Below, one piece after another: positions 32,149-42,885 of a DNA stretch of 64,000 nt. Within the stretch, counting starts at the first letter, position 1, and each line of letters opens with the position of its first letter. The stretch lies in assembly GCA_963722585.1 (NCBI GenBank), contig CAVRNU010000048.1, positions 87,136-151,135 of the forward strand. Reading direction: 5' to 3'. The notes beneath the pieces are model-generated. The model was given only the letters and a program-made list of their open reading frames with translations. It had not been told where the DNA came from and made no database searches. The position numbers were made by a program, and so were the translations under genes. Source of the DNA: Bryobacterales bacterium. Its GTDB lineage: Bacteria; Acidobacteriota; Terriglobia; Bryobacterales; Bryobacteraceae.

Positions 32149-32541
32149 CCTGCGCGATCTATAAGCCGGTTTCTGTGCCCCGCCGAAAAGCGAGCGGCAA
32201 CCATTCCTCTAGGCCCGCCATTACTGACAGGCTCAAGCGACCTACCCGGAAGTTGTAACGGAGCGGGCCGCTCCTCCTCCCCTATTTGGTCTTGCTCCAC
32301 ATGGGGTTTGCCCTGCCAGGCGCGATTACTCCGCCCGCGGTGCGCTCTTACCGCACCTTTTCACCCTTGCCGGGAGCGCCCGAAGACGCACCGGCGGTAT
32401 ATTTTCTGTGGCACTTTCCGTAACGAGCCCTTTGAGAGCTCATCCCCGGCCGTTAGCCGGCATGCTGCCCTGTGGAGACCGGACTTTCCTCCCGGCCAAA
32501 TATATTGCTAACTTGGCCCGGCAGTTGCCCAACCGCGCAGG
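32149..32541 (-). ncRNA. rnpB: RNase P RNA, bacterial class A
   Basis: Minus strand has GAGGAAAGTCC, GAAAGTGCCACAGAAA, GGTAAGAGCGCAC, GGGCAAACCCC, GAGCAAGACCAAATAGG, ACAGAAACCGGCTTATA; 5' CCTGCGCGGTT pairs with 3' GATCGCGCAGG (P1). Confidence 0.97.
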
Positions 32542-32582
32542 AAACCTTTAGTATCGCACTCGAAATGGGTTCAGAATGCGAA

Positions 32583-32846
32583 CTAGGCAGCCATTTTCGC
32601 CTGTTTGCCTGGCCAGATAGCGAGTTCGACGAACTCTTCTTCGAATCTGACCTCTTCCTTGGGATCTCTGGCTGGCCGGATAACACGGCAGCATTCTTTG
32701 AGTGTGTCTTCGAGAGGACGATTGACCGCCTCTTCACCAAGGACAGCCCGTACCAGATCGGTGGCAGCTGAGCGGGCCGCCTCGGGCGACTTCGCAAACA
32801 TCAGCGCGTCATAACGGTTGTCAATCGATTCAGAAATGCGGGACAT
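32583..32846 (-). CDS. Hypothetical protein (~87 aa)
   Basis: Clean ORF with a GGAG RBS, upstream of rnpB. Confidence 0.6.
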   Translation of the reverse strand: MSRISESIDNRYDALMFAKSPEAARSAATDLVRAVLGEEAVNRPLEDTLKECCRVIRPARDPKEEVRFEEEFVELAIWPGKQAKMAA

Positions 32847-33177
32847 AGCAAACTCCACTTTGTGACAGGGCCAAAAATCACTCCAAACCCGTTAGGGCTG
32901 GAAAATTACTGCGTTCGGGGGAGGGATCGTTTCGGCGAAACTGTCGGGCGATCTCCAACCAACACTACACTTGCCGGTTGAGCCACCTAACATTTTAGAC
33001 GCACGCAACAACAAAATGATGCGGCCCAATCAACAAAAGAGACAGCATTTTACCAAAAAATTCTCAGTATGCAAACATCCGGCTCGTTCCGGGCTCCGCC
33101 TTCCTCGGCTAGCAGGCGCCTAACCAATTGAAAAGAAAGACATGCCGGGCTAGCTAGCGTTCGATCGGGCTATAGCC

Positions 33178-34158
33178 CTAGGCCAGGCAGCTCTTCACAT
33201 AGGCAAGGCATTTTTTCGCCTCGGTGACGATGTTCGAACCCTCCGGAATCGGGTATTCCAACTCCAGATTCGCCGGGAACGGATACTGTTCCTTCTTCAT
33301 AAGCTGCAGTACTTCCCTGATGGGCGTGTCGCCCGTGCCCCACACGGCGACGTTCGGACCATGGTCCTTCTTGCGATCCTTGATGTGCAGGTTCGTGATT
33401 TTATCGTGGTGTTGCCTAATAAACGCAACGGCGTCGTACCCTGCCGCGGTGAAGTGTCCGATATCCAAATTGATGCCGTTGTACTTTCCATACGACATCA
33501 ATGTGGCATAGCTTTCAAGCGTAGCGGTCTGGTTGGGATCGTTGGTTGCGTCATGGCCGTGATAGCCGACCATCAGCTTGTGTTTGTCCGCGATTGGGGC
33601 TATGCGCTTTGCCATCGTCAAGGTGGTGCTGGTGGTGATGGCCTTGACGCCGAGCGCCTCAGCCATGCTAAAGCCATACTCAATATCTTCGTCTTTCATA
33701 CGGTCCTGCATGTTGTAGCACAGCAGCGCGACATCAACGCCGGCATCGTTAAACTTTTTGGCGACGGCCTTCCAGGTGTTCGCATTCGTCGATAGTCGCC
33801 ACTGCGCGAGCTTCTCTTCCGCGGCTTGCCTTTGGGCCTGTTGCTCAGGGGTTAGCTGCATCCGGCCGCGCCGCGCTCCCGCAGGACCCCCAGGACGGCC
33901 AAAGAACGGCATGGGAGGGCCGCCGGCCAGAGCCTCACAGTGATTCGACATCAGCTCCGCCTCGCCCAATCCAACCTCAACATATGCCCTGATGATCGCT
34001 TCCGGGTCGGGGCTGGCAATGCTGTTGAAGCTGTAAGTGATCGCTCCAATCTGAACGCCCGAGAACTTCGAATCGATCATCTGGGCGCCCAACGCCTTAG
34101 CGAGCGGCACGGCGGCAAGCGCCATCTTTCCTATATCTCGTCTTGTATACTGCATCAT
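33178..34158 (-). CDS. Sugar phosphate isomerase/epimerase family (xylose-isomerase-like TIM barrel), Tat-like leader
   Basis: TRRDIGK leader, GYHGH, NLDIGHF, LHIKD, NLELEY. Confidence 0.82.
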   Translation of the reverse strand: MMQYTRRDIGKMALAAVPLAKALGAQMIDSKFSGVQIGAITYSFNSIASPDPEAIIRAYVEVGLGEAELMSNHCEALAGGPPMPFFGRPGGPAGARRGRMQLTPEQQAQRQAAEEKLAQWRLSTNANTWKAVAKKFNDAGVDVALLCYNMQDRMKDEDIEYGFSMAEALGVKAITTSTTLTMAKRIAPIADKHKLMVGYHGHDATNDPNQTATLESYATLMSYGKYNGINLDIGHFTAAGYDAVAFIRQHHDKITNLHIKDRKKDHGPNVAVWGTGDTPIREVLQLMKKEQYPFPANLELEYPIPEGSNIVTEAKKCLAYVKSCLA

Positions 34159-34220
34159 CTTGTCCAAAGTGAACGGTGGTAAGGCAATCATATCTCGCCC
34201 GTTTTCCCACATTCACCCCG

Positions 34221-34273
34221 GTGGGGCAGACGGTCTTGCCGTCTGCCAGCGGCGGCCTCCCAGGCCGCCCTAC
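34221..34273 (+). repeat. REP-like double hairpin, family C (GTGGGGCAG-)
   Basis: GTGGGGCAGACGGTCTTGCCGTCTGCC...GGCGGCCTCCCAGGCCGCC; similar start and double-hairpin architecture at 39185. Confidence 0.55.
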
Positions 34274-34536
34274 TAGCTTTTGGATGCCAGTCTGTCGAGC
34301 GTGGTCACGATAGTCAATATCGCGTCCGATTGAGACTGAAGCAGTTGATCTGCGGCCGCGTTCTCTTCGGCGCTAGATGCAGTCCGCTGCGTTATGGCTT
34401 CCAGCCGCGTCAAAGCGCTCGCAATTTGAGTCATTTCCGTAGCCTGCTCCTGTCCCCCTTCATGGACCTGGTCGATCAGGGATTTGACGTTCCGTGCGCT
34501 TTCGGTAATGGAGGCGATCGCCGTCGTTATCTGACG
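34273..34536 (-). pseudogene. 3' remnant of a methyl-accepting chemotaxis protein
   Basis: Translates RQITTAIASITESARNVKSLIDQVHEGGQEQATEMTQIASALTRLEAITQRTASSAEENAAADQLLQSQS...*, a typical MCP methylation-helix pattern (EQ...TQ.TA..AEE.AAA). No start codon; begins just after the methylase stop. Confidence 0.7.
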
Positions 34537-34552
34537 GCCCCAAAAGACGGCA

Positions 34553-35467
34553 CTACGCCAGCTGTCGAAACAGCCCGGGGTGACTTCCGATAACCTTGAT
34601 CGGACCGATAAGCGGCGGCACTCTTAGGCCAGCGCAAAAGAACATCACCTCGGACCCTTGCGCCGCTGATCGAGCGCTGTAGCCGATGTTGTAAACCACG
34701 TGGCGCGAACTCTTATATAAGTTGCGAATAGGCTGAACGTTATCGTAAGACACAATCCACCGCTGCCGCTTGATGCGGTTGGTCGCGAATTCCGCAACGC
34801 TTGCATGGTCCTTATCTTCATAGAAGTTGTAATACAGATCGCGGCCTTTCACGTAGTAAGGCGGGTCGAGATAAATCAATGTCTGTTCAGGCCAGTCCGA
34901 AACACCATCTTTCAGGAATTTAAGGGCATCCTTTCGCGTCAGCTTTATGCGATTCCTCATCCGGGCGATGGACTCTACCCGGTGGATCAGTTCTTTCGCG
35001 TTGTAGCGCGCGTCGATTTTCCACGGTCCGGTTTGGTCCCTTCCGCCGATAATGCCGCCATTGAGAATGCCGGAACGGTTCGTGCGGTTCAGGAAGAACG
35101 TCGCGAAGCCAAGCTCGAGGTCGTCGTGACCTTTCGCGTTTTCAAGAATGCGCTTTTGCTTGTCCCACGCTGACACCGACAGCGGCATATCGGAAATGCG
35201 TCGGCAGAATTCCTCTGTGTGGTGCAGGACGCTTTTCCAGAAGGCATGAACAGGCTTGCTGATGTCATTAATGTGGATACGCGAAACGTATTCATGAAAT
35301 AGCAGCTCAAGAGCAATCGCCGCACCACCGGCATAGGGCTCGACATATTCGCCGTCGAGCAGCCCGTTATCTTTCATCAGGCTTTTAACGTAAGGGGCGA
35401 GCTTAGCTTTGCCGCCCGGATATCGGAGCGGCGTGAAGTAGATCAGGCGTTGGCCAGGGTCGCTCAT
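34553..35467 (-). CDS. DNA adenine methyltransferase (Dam-like, m6A alpha class)
   Basis: TPLRYPGGKAKL, YVEPYAGGAA, FFLNRTNRSG, YLDPPYY. ATGA overlap with the upstream gene. Confidence 0.92.
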   Translation of the reverse strand: MSDPGQRLIYFTPLRYPGGKAKLAPYVKSLMKDNGLLDGEYVEPYAGGAAIALELLFHEYVSRIHINDISKPVHAFWKSVLHHTEEFCRRISDMPLSVSAWDKQKRILENAKGHDDLELGFATFFLNRTNRSGILNGGIIGGRDQTGPWKIDARYNAKELIHRVESIARMRNRIKLTRKDALKFLKDGVSDWPEQTLIYLDPPYYVKGRDLYYNFYEDKDHASVAEFATNRIKRQRWIVSYDNVQPIRNLYKSSRHVVYNIGYSARSAAQGSEVMFFCAGLRVPPLIGPIKVIGSHPGLFRQLA

Positions 35468-36816
35468 GGCCAGGCCATCTCGAAAAATCTCTGAGCATTG
35501 TCCCATGCCGTCGTGAGACTGCGCTCGGTTGGTGTGAAAAAGCGGTTGTGAATATAGGCATGCAGCGTGTCGATTGAGAACGGATGGTGTTCATCGGTCA
35601 GGGCAGCAAGGACGCCTTTGAAATCCTTTCGGTCCGCACCATTAGCGACCATGTGATTAACAACTTCCTGTACCTTTGCTGCAAGCTTTTTTTCGGCTGT
35701 ATGTCCGTTCCGCGTAAATGTAAGCGTCGAACTCGCTTTGTTTACCAAATACTCGTCCACTGACATTTCGAGGAAAACGCGAAGAAGAACACTGATCGCA
35801 TGAACGTGCTTCAAGAGCTGCAAAAATTTAAGCTCGCCGTATATCTTTTCGATCTTCGCATTGGTGATATTCAGCTTGCAGCTTTTAGGAACAACACTCG
35901 TCCTTGCCAATGGCTGTCGCCGTTTCGCTTTGCCAGCTGCTGAACTAGGTTTGGCCTTGAAATCCGTTTCCTTCATGCCCTCGATTGCGGACAGGACGCC
36001 GGTTCTTTTCGTCAGGTTCGGCTTGTCCACGGGCTTCAAGTTGCGGATATATTCGAGCTGCTGTTCCTTGGACTTCAGGTCAGTAACTGTCACCCTCTTT
36101 TCCGCAAGATCAATGATCAGGCGTCGCAGGGGCTTGAGTGCTTCCTCAGGCGGCAATTCGGTCTGTAGCTTACCGTTTACTATTTCAAAACCTATGGACC
36201 TTCGAACATCAGGTGTGGAAAGAAGGCGATCAAGAGTTGATATCGGGAATTTTCCTGCGAGAAGATCGGCTTGTTCTTCCGTGAGATCGGCGTGCGCTCC
36301 TACGAAATCCATGGCCTGAAGGGCGGCATCTCTACCTTTGAAACGTGCTACGGCAATCGCGTTCCAGCCAACAATTCCCCGGCCATCATCTTCGCCGCTA
36401 TGTCGCTGCCGAATCCACTCTACACCTTCCGGCCTGTCCTTGATCTCGAAACAATCGACTGGCTCTATACTCTTTGGGTCAAACTTCTGACCCGCTTTGA
36501 GCAAACGCCGCTTGTGAGATTCGGGCATCTCAAGATTGGCAACCAAGGCCGGCCCCTTTAATAGCTTTGCAGCGAGAACACGGCGATTGCCTTCCAATAC
36601 GATGTAGTGCCCAGCGCGGTGAGGTGAGCGCATCACAAGACAGCGATCTATCGGGCTGAATCCTTTTTCGGCAATGCTTTCAGCGAGGTTAATCAGCTTC
36701 GATTTCTGCTCACTGATAATGCTCTGCATCGCCTCCCGCTGATCGGCAGCTTGCTTTATGCGCGGGTTCTCCAGGTCCAGATCAAGGCTGTCGAGTTTTA
36801 GCGACTTGGCGGGCAT
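35464..36816 (-). CDS. ParB/Srx-like N-terminal domain protein with possible HEPN-like C-terminus
   Basis: LDLENPRI...IAEKGFSP...YIVLEGNRRVLAAKLL. C-terminal VLLRVFLEMSVD...TLHAYIHN helical domain (HEPN-like call is inference). Confidence 0.65.
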   Translation of the reverse strand: MPAKSLKLDSLDLDLENPRIKQAADQREAMQSIISEQKSKLINLAESIAEKGFSPIDRCLVMRSPHRAGHYIVLEGNRRVLAAKLLKGPALVANLEMPESHKRRLLKAGQKFDPKSIEPVDCFEIKDRPEGVEWIRQRHSGEDDGRGIVGWNAIAVARFKGRDAALQAMDFVGAHADLTEEQADLLAGKFPISTLDRLLSTPDVRRSIGFEIVNGKLQTELPPEEALKPLRRLIIDLAEKRVTVTDLKSKEQQLEYIRNLKPVDKPNLTKRTGVLSAIEGMKETDFKAKPSSAAGKAKRRQPLARTSVVPKSCKLNITNAKIEKIYGELKFLQLLKHVHAISVLLRVFLEMSVDEYLVNKASSTLTFTRNGHTAEKKLAAKVQEVVNHMVANGADRKDFKGVLAALTDEHHPFSIDTLHAYIHNRFFTPTERSLTTAWDNAQRFFEMAWP

Positions 36817-37343
36817 TCGTATATTGACTGTGGCGTATTGTACAACATTTCGTATTGGTTTTGTTTAAACTGCTATTTGCAATCAGCAGAGATCCGACGG
36901 TTTTCGCATCGTGATCACCCCAAACTAGCGGCTTCTAAATGGCTGGCGTTCAAGGCCGCAAGACTGTTCAAGTTTCTTCAACAGCGAGGCAGGCTAACTG
37001 GGGTCGTTTGCGCCGATTTCCAGATCTGAGGCGAGAAACCAGACATTTTGCAAAACGCCCCATTTATGTGTCACGCGCTATTCTTCCATCCAATTGCAAA
37101 TTTCTGAATCAATATGGCTTCGGAAGCTTACGCCGGCTCACTCCCAACAAACGCCCCAGCATCATTCAGCACGGTCTCGCTAGTAGCCCGGGCGACGATG
37201 CCCATGCGGTATGGGCTAATTACCGCGTATCGCGGCAGCACGGTCTTGAGAGGAGTGAGTCTAATTGCTGCCGTTGAAGGTGTACTGAACCTGCGCTGAT
37301 CGCTGAAAGCTAATCGCTCTCGCGTTCCAATAGCCTTACTACC

Positions 37344-38369
37344 CTACGGTCTCCGCGATGAAGTATACGCTGCTATGTTCAACATGTCTTCCTCGCTCAA
37401 CTTACTAACCACGGGTTTCATCAAGTCAGTCCACTCGCCCTTCCGGGTATTCTGCTGCATGTCATACAATTGCCGCACGAGATAACTTGGCGAGCGTCCC
37501 GCGATGCCGGGCACGGGCCCTAGACCTTTCAAATCGGCTCCATGGCAAACACCGCACTGAACAGTTTTGCCGCCGCCGGTCGCTACCAAAACCTCGCCCT
37601 TCTTGATGCTGCTAAACGGTGCATACGCAATGAAACCCGACCGCGGATCCCGAAGCACCTCGGTAGCGTCGGGCTGCTCTGGCATCTCTATAATGCGTTC
37701 GCCGAGCGGCTCGGTCTGGTTCCCTTCAAGCGGAAGGAACATGCCGACCGACAGTCGTGTCTTGGGAACCGTATTGGTTTCGATCACTTTTATCCAGGGC
37801 GTCCATTTCATCGCGCCAAAGTACTCCGCGGCCGCTTTGATTTCCTCGTCCGTCATTGCCTTCGCATACGCGATCATCAGGTTGGTGTTTTTCTTCCGCG
37901 CATCGGCGCTCTTTCTCAGATCGTTTCTGAAATCGTTCATCTGGTGTATGAAGTACGAAACGGGAAGGCCGGAGACGCCGGCATTTTCAGGGCGCCCCTT
38001 GCCATTGGGGTAATGGCATAACGAGCATGCCCAAATGTCGGGCTTGCGCCCGTGGGCCACGATCTCGGGCATTTTGGGATGGTCGCCCGGATACCAGTCG
38101 GCCGGCCCGAAGCGATCGCTGATCTGCGCTTGAGTGAATTCCGCCGAACTGTTGGGAAGATGTTTCAGGCTGTTGTCAGGCGCAGCCTGCGGCGCACGCG
38201 CAGCATTGTTTCCCGCAGCTGCGTTCACTGAAGGATTGGCCGCCGCGTCCTCGGTGCCGTAAGCCCATGTCGGCGGTCGCTCGGCCGCAAACAAAGCGCG
38301 TGAGACAAACAGAAGGGCGAAGGCGATTTCTACTGTCAATCCTAGGTTGCTTCTTGTATGAGCTCTCAT
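37344..38369 (-). CDS. Diheme c-type cytochrome (c4/c553-like)
   Basis: Signal peptide, CSLCH and CGVCH, P.IAG.S..YL..QL.D motif. Confidence 0.85.
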   Translation of the reverse strand: MRAHTRSNLGLTVEIAFALLFVSRALFAAERPPTWAYGTEDAAANPSVNAAAGNNAARAPQAAPDNSLKHLPNSSAEFTQAQISDRFGPADWYPGDHPKMPEIVAHGRKPDIWACSLCHYPNGKGRPENAGVSGLPVSYFIHQMNDFRNDLRKSADARKKNTNLMIAYAKAMTDEEIKAAAEYFGAMKWTPWIKVIETNTVPKTRLSVGMFLPLEGNQTEPLGERIIEMPEQPDATEVLRDPRSGFIAYAPFSSIKKGEVLVATGGGKTVQCGVCHGADLKGLGPVPGIAGRSPSYLVRQLYDMQQNTRKGEWTDLMKPVVSKLSEEDMLNIAAYTSSRRP

Positions 38370-38528
38370 CGGTCAACTGACCATGATAGGGGTTCGCCGC
38401 GACGCCTGGCGCATCGCAGTTTCCCAGTTCAGAAATCTTCAACAGCCTAATTCCCGCCAATTGCTTAATTTACGCACACGGACGCGCCTCCGCCCTTCCT
38501 GCTCCGTGCTACTTCTACGGGCGAAGCA

Positions 38529-39125
38529 ATGTCACCTACAGAAATTACACCTGTCACTGCTCCGGTCGCCGAACCGGTGGTCTCTACAGGCCCAACTAGC
38601 GAGCAAGGCAAGGCCGTCTCTTCTCGCAACGCTGTCAAGCACAACCTCTGCTCGAAAAAGCTCACCGGTTCCGATCTCGAGGAATTCAACGAGATCCGTG
38701 CCAAGCTCGACGCAGAATGGGAACCCCAGACTGAAACCGAGCGCCTGCTCCTTGCCCAAATGGCCCTCAGCCAGTGGCGCATGGATCGTGCCCTCTCGCT
38801 CGAACTCGCCGCCTTCGACCAAGACGGGCTCGACCCAGCCGCTCTCGCCCTGGCCCTCCGCTACCGCACCACCGCCGAGCGCAGCTTCTATAAAGCCCTC
38901 GCCGAACTCCAGCGCGTGCAGGCACTCATCTCCCGCAACGCCGAGCGCGACAAGAAGGAAGCAGAAGACGAGGAGGAAGAAGCCGTGCAGCGCGAAATCG
39001 AACGCCTAATCATGGCCCCGTTCGCCCCCTCACAAGGAGCCGGAAGCGTGAGCGACCGGCCCCAGTTCGTTTCGCAAAACCAACCCAACCCGCCGTCCGA
39101 CCAAGTTCCGCCATCAACAACCTAG
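38529..39125 (+). CDS. Hypothetical protein with STGP...GKA.SSRNA.KH motif
   Basis: STGPTSEQGKAVSSRNAVKHNL; motif seen in a family I recall from acidobacterial genomes. Confidence 0.6.
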   Translation: MSPTEITPVTAPVAEPVVSTGPTSEQGKAVSSRNAVKHNLCSKKLTGSDLEEFNEIRAKLDAEWEPQTETERLLLAQMALSQWRMDRALSLELAAFDQDGLDPAALALALRYRTTAERSFYKALAELQRVQALISRNAERDKKEAEDEEEEAVQREIERLIMAPFAPSQGAGSVSDRPQFVSQNQPNPPSDQVPPSTT

Positions 39126-39130
39126 TACAT

Positions 39131-39165
39131 CGTCCAAGAAATCATTTTCGTCCAAGAAATCATTT
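39131..39165. repeat. 18-bp tandem duplication
   Basis: CGTCCAAGAAATCATTTT followed directly by CGTCCAAGAAATCATTT. Confidence 0.85.
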
Positions 39166-39184
39166 ATGGATTAGGTTCCCGTTT

Positions 39185-39221
39185 GTGGGGCAGGCTGGGA
39201 GCCTGCGGCGGGTTGTCAACC
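39185..39221 (+). repeat. REP-like double hairpin, family C
   Basis: GTGGGGCAGGCTGGGAGCCTGCGGCGGGTTGTCAACCCGCC. Confidence 0.55.
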
Positions 39222-39358
39222 CGCCAGTAGCGCGCCTGTGCCCCTCGCTTACAAATTCTTACGGTGTTTTTGCTGGCACCTGGCATCCTCGCCCTGAGCC
39301 CCCCGGTAACCAGCGCTTTAACGACTTCGCCCTTACGCTTATTACAATGAAAGGAGTT

Positions 39359-39901
39359 ATGGCAACTTGCCGCCCCGGCATCTCTGAGATAGCGCCCCAC
39401 GCCAAAGTGTATGTGGACCTCGTCCCGGAAGGTGACATCGAGGACACGCTGTCACAAAACCTCGAGGAGACCATTCGAATCCTGAACCCGGTTGAAGACC
39501 GCTTCGCCACCGAATTTGCATACGCACCCGGCAAGTGGACGATCAAGCAGGTGATCGGGCATTTGATTGATACAGAACGGATTTTTGCCTATCGCGCTTT
39601 GCACATCGCTCGCGGCGACACTACCCCGCTGCCTGGCTTCGAACAGGACGACTACGTCAGAACTGCTGCCTCGAACGAACGGCCTCTTACCGATCTGATC
39701 GCGGAGCTCCGTTGTGTAAGGCAATCCACTTTGATGCTTCTTAGGGCCTTCCCGCCTGAAGCCTGGATGAGAACGGGTCGGGTAAACGATTGGAATCTTT
39801 CAGTTCGTGGAATCATCTTCACAACCGCCGGCCACGAACTGCATCACACGGCAATTCTGCGGGAGCGTTATCTCCAGCCCGTCAATTGGGCTTCGGCATA
39901 A
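39359..39901 (+). CDS. DinB family protein
   Basis: AAGGAG RBS; YAPGKWTIKQVIGHLIDTE, LPGFEQD, GHELHH. Confidence 0.88.
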   Translation: MATCRPGISEIAPHAKVYVDLVPEGDIEDTLSQNLEETIRILNPVEDRFATEFAYAPGKWTIKQVIGHLIDTERIFAYRALHIARGDTTPLPGFEQDDYVRTAASNERPLTDLIAELRCVRQSTLMLLRAFPPEAWMRTGRVNDWNLSVRGIIFTTAGHELHHTAILRERYLQPVNWASA

Positions 39902-39998
39902 CAGGCCAGCATATTCTCGTCAGGTACAATCACCATTGCTAGATACCCCGGTAATTTGCGAAAACGACTCAGGCAGCGAAAACGCGAAACACCACCCA

Positions 39999-41644
<1,646 letters not shown>

Positions 41645-41711
41645 CCTGGGCGCAGCTTCGCCGGGCGTGGGCTTCGGCCCACCCCCCATACTTGTAAACG
41701 GACGGTAACCC

Positions 41712-42815
41712 TTGCTCCGTTTGGCCCTCTTAGTCTTGCTTGCCGCCGATCCGGCGCAGGTAACGAATCTCCTTCGAAGCGGTTTACTTCACTTGGAACA
41801 CGGCCAACTCGCGCAGGCCCGTTCCGAGCTCGAGCAAGCTTCGAAGCTCGATCCGTCGAACGCTCTGGTCTGGACTTCGCTTGTTAGAACGTATTCCCGC
41901 TTAAACCAGCCGGCACGGGCGCAGGCGGCGGCGGCGAAAGCCGAACAAAATGGCGCGGGCAATCCAGTAGTCGCTCATGCTTTAGCGATGTATTATTCCG
42001 GCGCCGGCCAGTTTGCGCATGCCGCCGCGCTTGAAGCCGAGTATGCGCAAAGCCCCTCGGCCGACTCCGGCGCGGCTGAACGCGTGGCCGATTTGTATCT
42101 TGACGCAGGCGACGCGCGGGCGGCTCTGCCGTTTGCGCAAAAAGCCTGGTTAGCAGCCAAGAGCGACCCGCAAACGGCGTTCGATTATGCGCAGACGTTG
42201 CTCCAGACGCAGGATTTCACACGAGCGGCCGAGGTTCTCGAGAGCGCAGTGCAATCGAATCCGAATAATGCCCAACTGACGCTTGCCCTAGGCGTTGCTC
42301 GATACGGGCAGCGGAGATTTCCCGATGCCATCGCGGCGTTTTTAAAAACCATCACGATCGATCCCCGTATTCCGCAGCCATACGTTTTTCTAGGCCGGAT
42401 GCTCGATCAGGCGGGCACTGCGATGCCCGCCATCGTTGCCGATTATCGCCGGTGGATGACGATGGAACCAAAGCGGGCTGAGCCGCCTCTGTTGCTTGCC
42501 AAGGCGCTGGTTGCTTCGAACGGCGCGACGGACGAGGCGGAACAGCTGTTACGGCGATCCATTGCTTTAGATCCGCGTAACTGGGAAGCGTATTATCAAC
42601 TGGGCCTTCTGTTGTCGAACAAGCATGAATACAGAGAGGCCGCGACGGAGTTGGAAGCGAGCATCAAACTGAACCCGCACGAGCCTATGCCGCACTACCA
42701 TTTGGCGCGAGTGTACGACCGCCTGGGCGAACGCGATCGCGCAAACGCCGAGCGGGAGATGCACAAACGCCTGACGGCTGCCTCTACTCGTACCAGCGCG
42801 CCATCGGATCGATAG
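41712..42815 (+). CDS. Tetratricopeptide repeat exported protein
   Basis: Signal-like N-terminus and multiple TPR units. Confidence 0.8.
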   Translation: MLRLALLVLLAADPAQVTNLLRSGLLHLEHGQLAQARSELEQASKLDPSNALVWTSLVRTYSRLNQPARAQAAAAKAEQNGAGNPVVAHALAMYYSGAGQFAHAAALEAEYAQSPSADSGAAERVADLYLDAGDARAALPFAQKAWLAAKSDPQTAFDYAQTLLQTQDFTRAAEVLESAVQSNPNNAQLTLALGVARYGQRRFPDAIAAFLKTITIDPRIPQPYVFLGRMLDQAGTAMPAIVADYRRWMTMEPKRAEPPLLLAKALVASNGATDEAEQLLRRSIALDPRNWEAYYQLGLLLSNKHEYREAATELEASIKLNPHEPMPHYHLARVYDRLGERDRANAEREMHKRLTAASTRTSAPSDR

Positions 42816-42885
42816 CCGTTACCGACGAAAATTCTGCGAACAATCGCCGTTGCGGGCCACTATTGATTGAACTGGTAAAAATCTC

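Noticed and set aside
32033-32206. Two 60-bp direct repeats with a spacer, as a possible CRISPR array
   Set aside because: Only two units, too long, identical to the rnpB 3' end, and no cas genes.
36817-37340. AT-rich intergenic stretch as the missing 5' part of the MCP or an IS end
   Set aside because: No MCP-like translation or terminal repeat matching the 34540 junction was found.
39131-39165. 18-bp repeat as CRISPR or iteron
   Set aside because: Only two abutting copies with no spacer.
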